Positions 28,060 through 41,454 of a stretch of DNA of 64,000 nucleotides are shown piece by piece. The notes beneath the pieces were generated by a model. It did no database searches. It was not told the origin of the DNA and saw only the letters and a list, made by a program, of their open reading frames with translations. Origin of the DNA: Antechinus flavipes. Its lineage: Eukaryota. Position numbers and translations under genes: made by a program. The stretch covers positions 8,680,001-8,744,000 of the forward strand of contig NC_067403.1 of assembly GCF_016432865.1 (NCBI RefSeq), given 5' to 3'. Within the stretch, counting starts at the first letter, position 1. Each line of letters opens with the position of its first letter.

Positions 28060-29290
28060 TATTTTGTGAATTTTAATGCACTATCAATTAATCAGTAAGC
28101 TAGGTGCTGGATGTACAAATAAAATGGAAGAAACAATTTCTCATTACAATAAGCTTCAATCCTAACAGGAAAGATAATGAAATACACGCAGAAAGATCTA
28201 CAGAGACGTATATGTAATTGCTGTGAATATAGCTGTGGTAGTAGATAGAGCCATACTAGGTATAGAAATAGATGGTAGAAATAGAGATGAATACAGATAG
28301 AGATAAATATGGTTTCATGGAGATATTGATATGATAGTGATAGGTAGAAACCGACTGACAGACCAACATGATAAAGATGCAGGAAGGTCTAGATATAGTA
28401 ATTATAGGTATAATTGGTATATTATAACAGGTATATTATAGGTATAACTGGTTACAGCTATTAATATATAGACATAGATATATGTAAAGATCTAGACATA
28501 TATAGATATAAATAAAAATAGCTAAACACTGAATTAGATGTTGGGGATAAGCTATCAAGCTTTAAATATTCCTATATACATATAAAAAGGACTTATGCAT
28601 ACACATGTACAGAACAAGAGAATATATAAGTAATGTGCATATATTAAACATACATATTAAGAAAATAAATATAATTAAATTCAAATTAATTAAACACAAG
28701 GTAGTTTGGTAGGGAGCGCACTAGCAATCAAGGAGAGAAGGAAGGAATGGGCAAAATTTTCATGAGGAAGGCGTTGCTTAAGTTACATCTAGAAGGAAGA
28801 TGGAAAGTCAGTCTACGAAGCGGAGATGAGGCAGGATTGTATTCCAGGCATGTGCCAAAGCTCAAGCAGGAGATGAAGTACCATTCATAAATGACAGAGA
28901 AAAGAACACAAGACAGAGATAATACCCAACGAGGCTAGAAAAATAGGTGAGGGTCAGGCTGTGGAGGGATTTGAAGGCTAAACGGCGGAGTTTACATTTT
29001 ATCCTGGAGAGAATAGGGAGCAAGTGTAGTGGATTGAGTAGGGGAATCACATGGTCAGATCTGTGCTTAAGAAAAATGCTTTGGCAACAGTGTGGCCAAT
29101 AGACTCGAGGCAGACACCGGTGGGAGCAGCTGCGATAATCCGGATGAGAAAGGAGGAGAGTCTGAAGATGGAACCGGGAGCCTGATGCCCGAAAAATTGG
29201 GAAGGCAGAAATGCCAAGATTTGGTCGCCTGTTATAAATATAGAGAGGGAAGAGGCGGGCAGGACCATGACACAGTTACAGACCAGGAAC
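28060..29290 (-). mobile_element. L2 fragments around a degenerate (ATAG)-rich low-complexity tract
   Basis: gtagggagcaag..gagtaggggaatcacatggtcagatctgtgcttaagaaaa..ttggcaacagtgtgg, antisense L2. Confidence 0.75.
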
Positions 29291-29329
29291 AAGCAGTTAC
29301 ACAGTTACAAACAATTTACTGCAGGCTAA

Positions 29330-29450
29330 ATATAAAGAAGTATGGGAAGACTTTTACGTGAAGTGATGCAAAGTGAAGGAAGCAGAGCCCAGAAAACACC
29401 ACACATGACGCCTACAGCAATGCGAATAAGATGTCCACCACAAAATAAAT
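29330..29450 (+). mobile_element. Short L1 3' fragment
   Basis: atgggaagactttta..tgatgcaaagtgaaggaagcagagcccag matches the L1 C-terminal coding end seen at about 35810-35880. Confidence 0.65.
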
Positions 29451-29819
29451 GAAGCTGAAGGCTGCAACCAGGGCTCCAAGAAAACACGGAAAGGCACTCC
29501 CTGCCCACCTCTTTCCCTCACTTCCTGGATGTTGGCTATTTGTCTCAATTCCTTTTTCTGTCCTAGAATGTTTGTCACAAGGGCTAACTTTCTGGGAGGG
29601 ATTCATAGGGAAATGCAAATCGCTAAAATTAAACCTAGCAACAAAAATAATTTTCTTTCCAAGTTCTTTCATTCATAGTTCCCTCTCCACGGCAGATTTC
29701 ATTAGGTAGCACACCCAACAACTTTTTAAAGATGAACATTTAGAGACCATATAATCATAAAGGACATTTTTATTCTTCAAAGTAAATAAACTTCAGCATC
29801 ATACTAGCAATATATTGCT

Positions 29820-31532
29820 ACCCTTGCTTTCTTTGCTTCAGCTGAAGCGTAAGATTCTGATCCAGTCCCTTATCTTCACCCTATGTATGTCCCTCTGCTT
29901 CAGATGTGTTTCTTGTAAACAAGATATTGTAACATTTGGGGATTTTTATTCATTCTGCTAACTGCTTCCCTTTTATGAGTGAGCTCATTCTATTCACATT
30001 TATAATTATAGCTGCATATTTCCCTTCTTGCTATTTGTTACTTGTTTATCCCTTTTTCTTTCTTATCCCCCCATCTCTTCCCTCTCACAAATGTTTTGTT
30101 TCTTCCCAAAATGTATGTTTTCTCCAATGTGCTCTCTTTTATCAGTTTCTCCTACTCATTTTGTTATCCTTATCTTTTTTTTTAACTTCCTTATAGGGCG
30201 AGATAGACTTTACATCCAATAGAATATGTACTGTTATTCCCTCTTTGAGCCAAATTTGATAAGAGTAAGGTTTAAGTTTTGTCCACTCACTCACCCCCAT
30301 CATCCCCTCCACTATAATGATTCTTTTATGCCTCATCTGTGTTGAATAAATCCTATGCAACCCTGACTGTAGTGGCACAATATTTGTATTATTTCTTTTT
30401 TGGCTGCTTGCAATACTGATCCATGAGTTCTAGAATTTGGCTATCATATTTTTATTTTGGGGTGTCTATCAGAAATTGAAAGAGTCTAGCAATCACATTC
30501 TGAAACTAATAAAACAGGGCACTTTTCTTTAATAATTCTTGAAAAATGCTGTCCAAGATTCTTAAAATCATGTTTCAAGTATGTTATCTCCACTGGATCT
30601 ATTTTCTAGGTTAGTTGTTTATCCAATGAGAAATTTCACATTTTCTTCTATTTTTTTTACTTTTTTGATCTTGTTTTACTGTGTTTTAATGTCTCAGTCA
30701 TTAATTTCCACTTGTTCAATTCTAATTTTTAAGAAATTATTTTCTTCAGTGAGCTTTTATAGCTCCTTTTTAATTCAGTCAATTCTGGTTTTAGGGAGTT
30801 ATTTTCCTCAGTACATTTTTATCTATCTTTTCCTATACTGTTGACTCTTTTTCATGATCTTATTCCATAATTCTCATTTGCCCCAATTTTTATTATTTCT
30901 CTAATTTGTTTTGTTTTGTTTTTTAAATCTTTTAAAGCTCATCCAGGAATATTTTTTGAGCCCAAGATAAAATTATATTTTTCACTGAGGCTTCACATGG
31001 ACCCATTTTGACACTATTGTTATCTTTTAATTTTTTTTTTTTGCCTCTTTTGTGACTTGGTGTTTTTACATAGGAGTTGGCCTCTGGTCCAACATTGTCC
31101 AAAGCTTTTTGTGTTGGGGTTCTCTGCTGTTAGATTACTATAGACACAGGGTCTTTCTGTTACTAAGCCCCATCAGTGGGGTCACACTGGTAACCCCCCC
31201 TCTATGGCAGGATTTAACTACTGGTCAGCAATGGGGTCAAAACCTCGATGGTGGTTTGTGCTGGGGGATGGGGTTACTAGGGTAGGGCCTTGCTGGCTGC
31301 GCAAACCACTCACACTTGCCCAGGAGGCAGCTGGCTTGCCAGAGAACAAGACTCATTGGTGGATGGTCCCAGGCTGCTGTTGCTTCTGCTTGTAGACCTC
31401 CATCTCCTCTCACTCCAGTGAGACTGATCTTTTCTTACAAGACTAGTAAGCTGCTTCACTGCCCCTAGACCACTTCTGAAGTGGCTAGAATTCAGGAAGG
31501 TCTTCAGTCTGCCATTTTGGCACTGGAAGTCC
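29820..31532 (-). mobile_element. L1 5' portion (5' terminus, 5' UTR, ORF1, start of ORF2 endonuclease)
   Basis: Ends in gccattttggcactggaagtcc, the reverse of a ggacttcc..aaaatggc L1 5' terminus; ORF1- and EN-like antisense text. Confidence 0.75.
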
Positions 31533-32199
31533 TGGTAACTCTTATTTAAAGAGCTGGGATGGGGTTTCTCCTTTTTAATGAACTCCATTTTTTCTTTTCA
31601 TTCTGATCCCCAACCAGCTTATTGTTCTTCTCAGTCATTACATCGATCACATTTCCAGTACAATACCTCCAGTTAATATGTTTTATTTTCTTGTCGCTTT
31701 GCATCTAGGCCATTCAAATGTCAATGATTTTAGCACAGAGTTTGACCTTTACACATTTTCACCTCTGCTTCAGAAACACTGCTAGCTTCTCTCCTTAGTA
31801 GGCTTTCCATAGCAGGGGACACAAATGACAGTCCTCAAATCATTTTAGCAGGGTTGGGGATGTTCCTGGAAGAAACTCAGAGTAATTCAGGGCACGGAAT
31901 TGCTTATAAACCTGACTAGCTCAAAAATCTTGCTATTAATATAAAATTAGACAAAGGTCGTTTCTTTGTTCCACCATCAGCTCATTTAGGTCTCTATGCT
32001 TCCTATCAGGAGACTGTTTTTTCCAAAGTGGATGTTGCATAATCTTGGAAGGTGAAGGAGAAAGACCAAAGAAATCATCTAACCCCATAGTCTCCAAATC
32101 TATCAATTAAAAAAAAGTTTTGAACACATAGCTTTAAATTTCAGGTAGACCTCCAAAATGTCCATTATTACTTATAAATTATAAATAAGGAAATTCCTC

Positions 32200-32335
32200 A
32201 CCCCTGCTTGCCTCAGTTTCCTCATCTGTAAAATGAGCTGGAGAAGGAAATGGCAAACCATTCTAGTATCTTTGCCCAAAAACACTCCATGAGCTGGTCA
32301 TGACTAAATGACTGAATAATACAATAATATTGCTG
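32200..32335 (+). mobile_element. Mar1-type SINE 3' half
   Basis: gcctcagtttcctcatctgtaaaatgagctggagaaggaaatggcaaaccattctagtatctttgcc. Confidence 0.88.
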
Positions 32336-32349
32336 TAACAATATGCACT

Positions 32350-33310
32350 AGAAAATACACAAAAAATATTAAATGAGGATGAGATAAAGCTGATGATCCT
32401 AGAGTGAATAGGAAGCCATTAAGCTTATTCAGAAAGGGGAAAGACAGAGAGTCAGATTTATATTTTTTAAATCATCTTTATAGGTATTGTTAGATTGAAA
32501 TGGGAAGAGATTTTAAGCAGAAAGACCTAGGAGGCCGTTGCAATAATCTAAAGGAAAGGAGAAGAGATTGAGAACAAGGGTAGAATCTGTGTGGGTAGAG
32601 AGAGGGGGATAGACGAAAGAGATGTTGCTAAAGGAGGAAGATTTTGTGGCTGATTTAATATGTGAGTAAAGAATAATATGGGGACAAAGATCGCTAGCAC
32701 ATTGATAGGGTGCTTTTAAAATTGCAGAGTACTATGTAGATACTACTCCATTTGATCCTATCAACAACCATCTGAGGAAGGAGCTTTTAGCAGACCTATT
32801 TTACAAGTGAAGAAATTGAGCAGGGATATGATCATAAATACTTAACAGCTAGCTCTCCAGAGGGAAAAAGTATACACAACACATTATAATCCACATTATT
32901 GACATTTCTCCCTCATATTCTTGTATAATAATAAAACAACAAAAAAAAATCAAGTCCTAATTTGTAGTGCTTTCCAACTTTCAAGGTTGTACCATTTGCC
33001 ATTTTCAAAGGATTTCATTGAAAATTTAATAATCGGCTCTAACAGATATAAATTGTCTTCAGTATATTATTGAAACTGAGGCGACTTGGTGAGAGTCACA
33101 CAGCTCAGAGGTAAGTGACTCAAACTCTGAACAAAGATGACACCAAAGTTATGGACCTGGATGATGAAAAGGATGGTGGTATTTGCTCTTAAAAAGCAAT
33201 TTAAAAGTTCAAAAGAAAGGTACTTTTGCAGGAAATTTTAATGAATTCAATTTTGGATGTTTAATTTGCTTAGAATGGGACATACAGTTCAGAATGTTTA
33301 ATATTACATT
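32350..33310 (-). mobile_element. L2 fragments with nested MIR and MER63-like end
   Basis: gtgaataggaagccattaag..ttgcaataatcta..; MER63-like terminus at about 32821-32880 (taaatacttaacagctagctctccag). Confidence 0.55.
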
Positions 33311-33559
33311 CAAACACAGGTAACAAAGAACCTTTTTTAAGGAAAGTTTATTTCAAAAATATAATCATAATTACACAAACTTTCCCTAATACATGGGAAA
33401 CACAAGCCCCCTCCTCTCCTGTACCACCTCAGTCTCTGGGAAAGGGAAGAAGATTTATATTCATGGCTTAACTCAGATCCTATAGAATACAAGTACAAGT
33501 CCTAGACCTGGGCTTCTGTCCTGGCTTCTCTGGGTTTCCATGCCAGCCTATCTACAATC

Positions 33560-36145
33560 CTAGTTCCAAAGTTTTCATCTTCAAAGTCCTAGGTCTTATA
33601 GAGATCAGCTATGGTATCTAAAACTATGGACAAACACTGAACAGAAGTAATCCACTTATCCACTGAAGAAAACAACTCTTTAAAAAGTACAATTGACCAT
33701 GTAGAAAAGAAAATACAAAAACTAATTGAGGAAAACTCAGCATCTTTCAGAAAATTATCAAGGAAAACTCCTGGAAACAGAGGGCAAAATAGGTTTTGGA
33801 AGAATTCACCAATCACTTCAGGAAAGAGATCCAAAGATTAAAAACTCCAATGAACATTATAGCCAAATTTCATAACTATCAGGTCAAGGGGAAAAATTAC
33901 TGCCAGTAGCCAGGAAGAAACACTTCAAATATCAGGAAGTCACAATCAGCATTGCACAGGACTTAGCAGTTAAAACATTAAAGGAGGTCATAGAACATGA
34001 TATTCTGAAAGGTAAAAGAACTAGGACTATAACTAATAATTACCTACCTAATGAAATTAAACATAATACTTCAAGGATGAAAATGACCATTCAGTGAAAT
34101 AGAAAGACTTCAAACTTTTATAAGGAGAAGGTGAGAATTGGACAAAAAAAAATGATCTCTTATATTGAGAGCCAGGAGTATCCTAAAAAGGATAAAACGG
34201 GGAAAGAAAAAATAAAGAATTCAATGGAGCTGAATTGTTTATTTCTACATGGGAAGATGATATGAGTAATTCTTAGAAATTGTACCACTAATAATATATC
34301 TAGAAAGAATATATAGAGAGAGCATGGGTATAAAGTGAATTCAAGAGAATTTGGTAATTAAGGGATGAAAAAGAGGAGTACAGAGGATGAAAAAGGCAGG
34401 GAGAGATAGATTGAAGTAAATTGTTTCATATGAAGAGGAATACAAAACCTATTACAGTAGAGGTGTAGATGAGAGGGTGGTGATGGGTATCACTTGAAAC
34501 TCTTATCAGTATGGGCTCAGAGAAAATAATATACACAATCAATTGAATATAGAAACCTATCATATCCAACAGGGAAATAGGAAGGGAGTAGATTAAGTAA
34601 AGGGGATGGGGATAGAGGCTGACAGAAGAAAGGGCTGATTGAGGGAGATGATAGACAAAAGTAAAACACTAGTGAGAAAGAAAAGGGTGAAAGAAAAAGG
34701 AGGAAAATACAAGTCCTCATAATTGTTAAGGTGAAGGGGATGAACATTCCTATAAAGTGGAAGCAAAAAGCAAAGAGGATCAAAAACCAGACTCCTACAA
34801 TAGACTGTTTATAAGAAACACACAAATAGTATAAAGGTAAGGGGTTGGAGTAGAATTCCATTATGTATCAGCTGAAGTTAAAAGAAAAAAATAGTAGATC
34901 TCAATCCTGATCTCAGAGAACGTAAAAGCAAAAATAGATCTAATTAAAGAAGGAAAGAAATTATTTCTTACTAAAAGATACAACAGACAATGAAGCAATA
35001 TTAATATCAAACATATATGCACCAAGTGTCATAGCATCCAAATTCTTAAAGAATAAATTAAATGAATTATAGACATTATGAAATGTAAAAGATATAATTT
35101 CAATTTCATCAAAATAAAAAGCTTATGTACAAACAAAATCAATGCAACCAGGATTAGAAGGAAAACAGAAAACTGGAAAAAAGTCTTTACAAGTTTCTCT
35201 GATAAATGCCTTATTTCTCAAATAATTAGAGAGCTGAGTCAAATTTATAAAAATATAAGTCATTCTCCCAATTGATAAATGATTAAAGGCTATGAACAGG
35301 CAGTTTTCAATTGGAAAAAATCAAAGTGATCCATAGACAAATGAATAAGGCACTTTTGATTAGAGAAATGTAAATTAAAACCATTCTAAAGTACTACCTC
35401 ATACATATCAGATTGACTAATATGACAAAAAAAAAGGAAAATGATAAATGTTGGAGAAGATATGGGGAAATTGGGATTCTGGTGCATTATTAATGGAGCT
35501 ATGATATAATCTAAGCATTCTGGAGTGCAATTTGGAACTGTAGCTAAAGGACAACCAAATACATAACCTTTGATCTATCAATACTACTACTATGTCTATT
35601 ACTATTAAAATCCCAAAGAGATCATAAAAAGGGCAGGGGGAAGAAGGACCTACATTTGCGAAATATATTTTTAGCACGACTTTTGAGGTAATAAAATATT
35701 GGAAACTGAAGGAATACTCATCAGTTGGGGAAATGATGAAATAAGCTATGTTATATGACTGTAATGAAATACTATTGTGCAATAAAAAATGATGAACTGG
35801 TAAATTTCACAGAAACCTGGAAAGACTCATATGAAACAATATAAAGTAAAATGAGCAGAACCAGAAAAACATTGTACACAGTATCTGCAACATTGTGTAA
35901 TGGTCAACTATGAGTAACTTTTTCACTTGGTTTACTCTTTTTCACAATTTTTTTGATGTTTCTTCTTTCATAGCTATGACTAATATGGAAATATGTTTTG
36001 TGTGATAGCATGTGTATGGTTTATATCAAATTGCCTACCATTTTAGGAAGAGCAGAGGTCAGGGAGAGGGAAAAATGTGGAGATTAGTCTTATAAAGTTG
36101 AAGACTAAAAATTTGTCTCAACATGTAACTGGGGAGAAAATAAAA
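33560..36145 (+). mobile_element. Internally deleted L1 (ORF1, start of EN, then ORF2 C-terminus and 3' UTR)
   Basis: EN text (aacatatatgcaccaagtgtcatagcatccaaattcttaaag) is joined at about 35075 to C-terminal text (ORF 35078 FIKIKSLCTNKINATRIRR). Confidence 0.85.
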
Positions 36146-36409
36146 TACTATAAAAATAAACACCCACAGATCTATTCTTGGGGCCTAGAAGATGGACACT
36201 AGGGGAAAGATACTCCTTTTCTCTTTCAATGGTGTATACTGGCTACATTAGATAGAAGCTGTCAAAGAGCACAACCCAAAGAAGAAGAAGAAAGGAGTGA
36301 ACAGCGAGGTTCTTCTACTTTAAAAGTTCAGATAGTCGTTTTAAGGGGACTACCCCTTGCATTCATGTTCAGAGCTGCAGCAGATTCCATGTTAGTGAGC
36401 ATGATCAAA

Positions 36410-36625
36410 TATAACAACATTCAGCATAATGGATAGCATAAAAGATTCAAGAAGACCTCAGTTCAAAAATGGCTTCAGGCTTTGACAGTGTGATCCTGAG
36501 CAAGTCATTTCACTTGTTTCCTCGTTTGCAAAATGGGGACAGTAATAACACCAAACTCACAAGTTTGTTGTGAGAATCAAATGAGAACATGTTTGTAGAG
36601 CACTTTGCAATGTGCCTAGCACATT
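36410..36625 (+). mobile_element. MIR
   Basis: gtgatcctgagcaagtcattt..aaaatggggacagtaataaca..ttgtgagaatcaaatgag..gcactttgcaa. Confidence 0.8.
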
Positions 36626-37254
36626 GGATTTGCTATGTAAATGTTGGCCAAAGAACAACAACAACAACAAAAAAAAAAATCCCAAAAACTTGGCTATTTT
36701 AATCATTGATAGAAAGATGACAAAGATAGCTACAGACAAAGCAAGACATTTACTAAGCACTTACCATATGCCAGGCATCTTGAATTCTGAAATTTTCCCC
36801 TTTGTCAAAAAGTATTGCCCTTCCATCTCTCCCTCTGGCTCATTCTTCCTTAATCTATTTTTCATCTTTTTTGTAATCTCTGTCTTCTCCTAGTCCATCA
36901 TTCTTTTGCTGACCTGATTTTCTTTTTCTTTAACAGTCTTGAAACTGACTCCCACTATATCTTTTCTGTCACTCTTTAATCTCTTACTTCTTTGTCCCTC
37001 TGCAATTCATTCTTGGCTAATCCTCAAACCTGTCTCATCCTAGCATCCTTCTCCATTCCTACTTTCAAGCTTTTAACCAGTGCTAAAGAAAGCCCCATCA
37101 ATATGTCAATAGAATCCCCTATGTGCATTCACGTCATTCACTCTCAACAGAGTCCTCAATGTTGCACAAACTTTTATCATTCTTTAATAATCTATCACAT
37201 TTCTTTCTGCCCTCAAAATGGCTTACATTGCCACCTTTCTCAATAGATGTTCAC

Positions 37255-39020
37255 AGTATTCATAGAATAATACATTTAATATTACCTAAATTAATCTACT
37301 AATTCAGTGCCATACAAATCAAATTCCCAAGAAATTATTTTGCAGAACTAAAAAAAAATAATAACAAAGTTCATCTGGAAGAATAAAAGGTCAGGGAATT
37401 AATGAAAAAATATATAAATGAAGGTGACCTAGCTGTACCAGACTTAAAACTATATAATAAAGTAGCGGTCGTCAAAACTATTTGGCATTGGCTAAGAAAT
37501 AGAGTAGTCATTCAATGGAATAGGTTAGATTCATAATACACAATAGTCAATGACTACAATAATCTAGTGTTTGATAAACTCAAAGGCCCAAGTTTCTGGG
37601 ACAAGAACTCACTATTTGACAAAAATTACTAGGAAAATTAGAAATTAGCATGGCAAAAACTAGGCACTGACCCACACCTAACACCTTATACCAAGATAAG
37701 GTTAAAATGGGTTCATGATTTCACATAAAGAATGGTATTATAAGCAAATTAGAAGAACAAAGATAATCTCTTCTCAGATCTGTGGAAAAGGAAGAAATTT
37801 GTGGCCAAAGAAGTACTGGAGTACATTATGGAAACCAAAATGGATTGTTTTGATATTAAATTAAAAAGGTTTTGTACAAATAAAAGCAATGCAGACAAAA
37901 TTAGAGGGGAAGCAATAAACTAGGAAAAAATTTTTCATTCAAGGGTTACATTAAGAGTTCTGATAAAGATCTTATTTCTAAAATATATAGAGAATTGATT
38001 CAAATTTATAAGAATTCAAGCTGTTCTCCAATTTTCTAAATGGTCAAAGGATATGAAAAGACAATTTTCAGGTGAAGAAATTGAAACTGTTTCTAATCAT
38101 ATGAAAAAGGGGCTCCAAATCACTATTGATCAGAGAAATACAAATTAAGACAACTCTGAGGTACCACTACATACCTCTTAGACTGACTAAGATGACAAGA
38201 ATAGATAATGACTAATGTTGGTGGGGATGTGGCAAAACTGGGACATTAATAAATTGTTGGTGGAATTGTGAACTGATCCAACCATTCAGGAAAGCATTTG
38301 GAATTATGCCCAAAAGGCTACAAAAATGTGTATCATCCTTTGACCAGCAGTTTCTACGGGGTCTGTATCCCAAAGAGATCATAAAGCAGGGAAAGGTACC
38401 CACATATGCAAAAATGTTTGTGGCAGCTCTTTGTGCAGTGGCAAGAAACTGGAAACTGAGTGGATGCTTATCAGTTGGAGAATGGCTACATAAGTTATGG
38501 TAAATGAATGTTATAAAATATTATTGTTCTGTAAGAAACGAGCAGCAGGATGATTTCAGCGAAGCCTGGAAGACTTAACACAAAGTGATGCTAAGTGAAA
38601 TGAGTTACCAAGAGAACGTTGTACATGACAACAACAAGATTATATGATGATAAATCCTGATGGATGTGGTTCTCTTCAACAATGAGAAAATTGAGGCCAA
38701 TTCCAATGATCTTGTGATGGAGAGAGCCATCTACACCCAGAGAGAGGGCACTAAATGTGAACCACATTTTCACTCTTTTTGTTGTTTGCTTGCATTTTGT
38801 TTTCTCATTTTTTCTTTTTTGATCTAATTTTTCTTATGCAGCATGATAATGATGTAAATATGTATAGAAAAATTGCACATGTTTAACATATATTGTATTA
38901 ATTGCTGTCTAGGGGAGGGGTGGGGGAAAAATTGGAACACATGGATTGCAAGGATGAATGTTGAAAATTATCCATGCATATGTTTGGAAATTAAAAGCTT
39001 TAATAAAAAAGAATAATAAA
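37255..39020 (+). mobile_element. L1 3' portion with 3' UTR and A-rich tail
   Basis: High similarity to the 58128-59219 ORF; ORF 38306 GLYPKEIIKQGKVPTYAKMFVAALCAVARNWK; tail aataaaaaagaataataaa. Confidence 0.93.
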
Positions 39021-39199
39021 TTTAAGAGTGAGAAATGACCTTTGGTATTGAATCCAAGTACCTTATTTTATGAGGGAAAAGAGACTTGTCCATGGTCACA
39101 CATCTAGCAAGTATCTGAGACAGAATTCAAATCCAGGCATCCTTGATTCCCATTCTAATACCCTATCCTTTTATGCCATATTGATTTAATAGCCATCTG

Positions 39200-40215
39200 G
39201 AAAGGGTCGGCATTAATGGTTTCATGTCAATTTGGAAGGAGGTCTCCAAAGTAGTATTTCTTGGATTTCTACTTATTCTTCTTCTAATATTTTTAATCAA
39301 AGATTTGAATAATTACACAGATGATACTTATAAAATTTGTACATGACATGAAGCTGGAAGTTTTAGCTAACATATCGGATAACAAAATGTAAATCCAAAA
39401 ACATCTCCTCCGGAGAGAATGTTATTACAAGTCTAATCTTCACTCCCCTGCAGGATGCCCCATTAACTCATCTCCTCATGACTTTCGCTGCTATGCCATA
39501 GCAACTTGTTCCACCTGAGATTATTCTCATACTGGATATGTTGACCATTTCTGAGACCTCGCCTTCTCATGATGGGTTCGTCCCAGAACCTCCCACTGAA
39601 GAAGCAGGTGGGGCCAAAGACATCTCCATCCCTCTCTGGTTATAGTGCTGACTTACCTCTACAATATTTTGTCTACCATGATCCTTTCCATCCCTGCTCT
39701 CATTTTTCAGTTCCTGATTATGTTGCCTTCCTCCATTAGAATGTAAGCTCTGGGGCTGGGTCTATCTTTTTTCTGATTCTTTTTTATTCTCAATGTTTAG
39801 CACAGTATCTGTTACATAGTACAACTGAATAAATGTTTGCTAACTAAGAAGATACTATTTTACATGGATAAATGCAAAAAAAATGCAAAAACACGGTCAA
39901 AATTTTTTACAAGTGAAAAATTGAGGGGACATAATTTTGCCTGAAATAAGGTCATGGTGTCAGTTGTGTGATATGGCAGCTAACAAAACTAATGCTATTT
40001 TGGGCTACACTGAGAGAGTCCAAGTATCCAGAACTAAGGAGTTCAGAGTCTGGTTTTACTACCCCACTGTTAGACCATACCTGGAGTATTGAATTCTGTA
40101 CATTCAGAGGAGAGAAAGTAGTATGGTACAAAACCTTGAGCTTATATTATATGAAAATGAGCTAAAAGAAATGGGAAATTTTAGTCTAAAATGGAATTAT
40201 CAGACATAAAATTTT
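39200..40215 (+). mobile_element. L3/CR1 RT fragment interrupted by an L2 (about 39410-39845)
   Basis: FADDTKL-like text (aaatttgtacatgacatgaagctgg) before, and CDMAANKTNAILG..RPYLEY-like text after, an L2 block ending aataaatgtttgctaac. Confidence 0.75.
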
Positions 40216-40279
40216 TGTTACAATATTTTCAGGATTCTTAAAGCAGTCCCTACTTAGCTAACTCCAGTTTCACTGGTAT

Positions 40280-40720
40280 TGTTGGGATAATAATGTACAA
40301 ACAACACTCATGAACCCCTTCACCAACATTTCTTTTATTAACTCAAACTGTCCGGCTGAAAATTCAAAGCAAAGACACTTTGTAGAATAGCAGGTAATAT
40401 CTCAGAATTGTCAGGCATTCAATTCTAGAATCATTCACCTCCATAGAGCTGCCATCTCTATTCTGACATCTGTCTCCTAGGGAAGCACTCTACTTGCTCC
40501 CATTTAACATGTCAGTCTCCCCCATACAGTCGGGGTAAAGGGATCCATCAGTCACTCATAGCATGCTCAATGGGAACCCTGTAGCTCACTCATCCATCCT
40601 TAGCTTGGTGTCTGGCACTCTCTCAAGCCTCTGGTGACTTCCTCCTCAGCTCTCAACTCTATGCCCAAGTCTAATTAGTTACTCTCCCACATCTTGTTTC
40701 TGCTTCTGAACATCCCAACA
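40280..40720 (-). mobile_element. Solo LTR (441 bp)
   Basis: 9-bp terminal inverted repeats TGTTGGGAT...ATCCCAACA; minus-strand AATAAA about 55 bp from the minus-strand 3' end; TSD not evident. Confidence 0.6.
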
Positions 40721-41210
40721 TAGAACACTTTATGTCTTAAAAAGAAAAAAAAAACTTTACATGGTAAAAAGTATTGACTGCTTTAAGGCTTTTAAGAGAT
40801 GCAAAAATAGTGTTCAGCACTTTCTCATACCTCATTACACAAGCATATATGAAAGTTACAAAGAAGAATTTAAGCTTCATGTGAGACTTAACAAAACAGA
40901 ACAAAAGACTAGAGGATGGAATTAAGGCATGTTTTAAACTTTCGGTATTTATACCCTGGATAGGACTTTAAAGGTACAACAAATTGGCTTACAAATTGAA
41001 CCAGAGATGGAATAAGATAGATGGACTTTAGGAAGCTGGCAAGTTCTTTCTCTCGGAAATAAAATTTTATTTTTAATATAAATATTCCTTTGATTATATT
41101 GTATACCTGTGAAATGTAATAACTGATTCTCCAAAGAATTGAAATCAAAGATTACGTGAAGGCCAAAGGAAAGGGGTATGATAATCTTAGACTGGATTTA
41201 AGGGGAGAGT

Positions 41211-41270
41211 AAAAGAGAACATCAGAGAAAATAATAAAATAAAAAAAATAAAAAGAGAGCATCAGAGAAA
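41211..41270 (+). mobile_element. Tail-only retroinsertion flanked by 20-bp target-site duplication
   Basis: aaaagagaacatcagagaaa / ataataaaataaaaaaaata / aaaagagagcatcagagaaa (19/20 identical). Confidence 0.65.
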
Positions 41271-41454
41271 CAGATGAGTGAAAAGGCAGGTGGGAATGAG
41301 AAAAACCTGATGTACTTATGGCCCATTTGTATCCTCGTGTCGGTGGAAAGAATATAGAACAGATGTGTACAGAAGTTGCTTAGGATGGGCAGGTATGTGT
41401 GAGTTTTCATTTACCTTGTTGAAACAAATATCCTCAGGGATATGATACTATAAC

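Noticed and set aside
34517-34861. Hydrophobic ORFs resembling membrane proteins (also 46511-47233, 29936-30222, 30581-30844)
   Set aside because: Translations of the T-rich antisense strand of L1 inter-ORF/ORF1 regions
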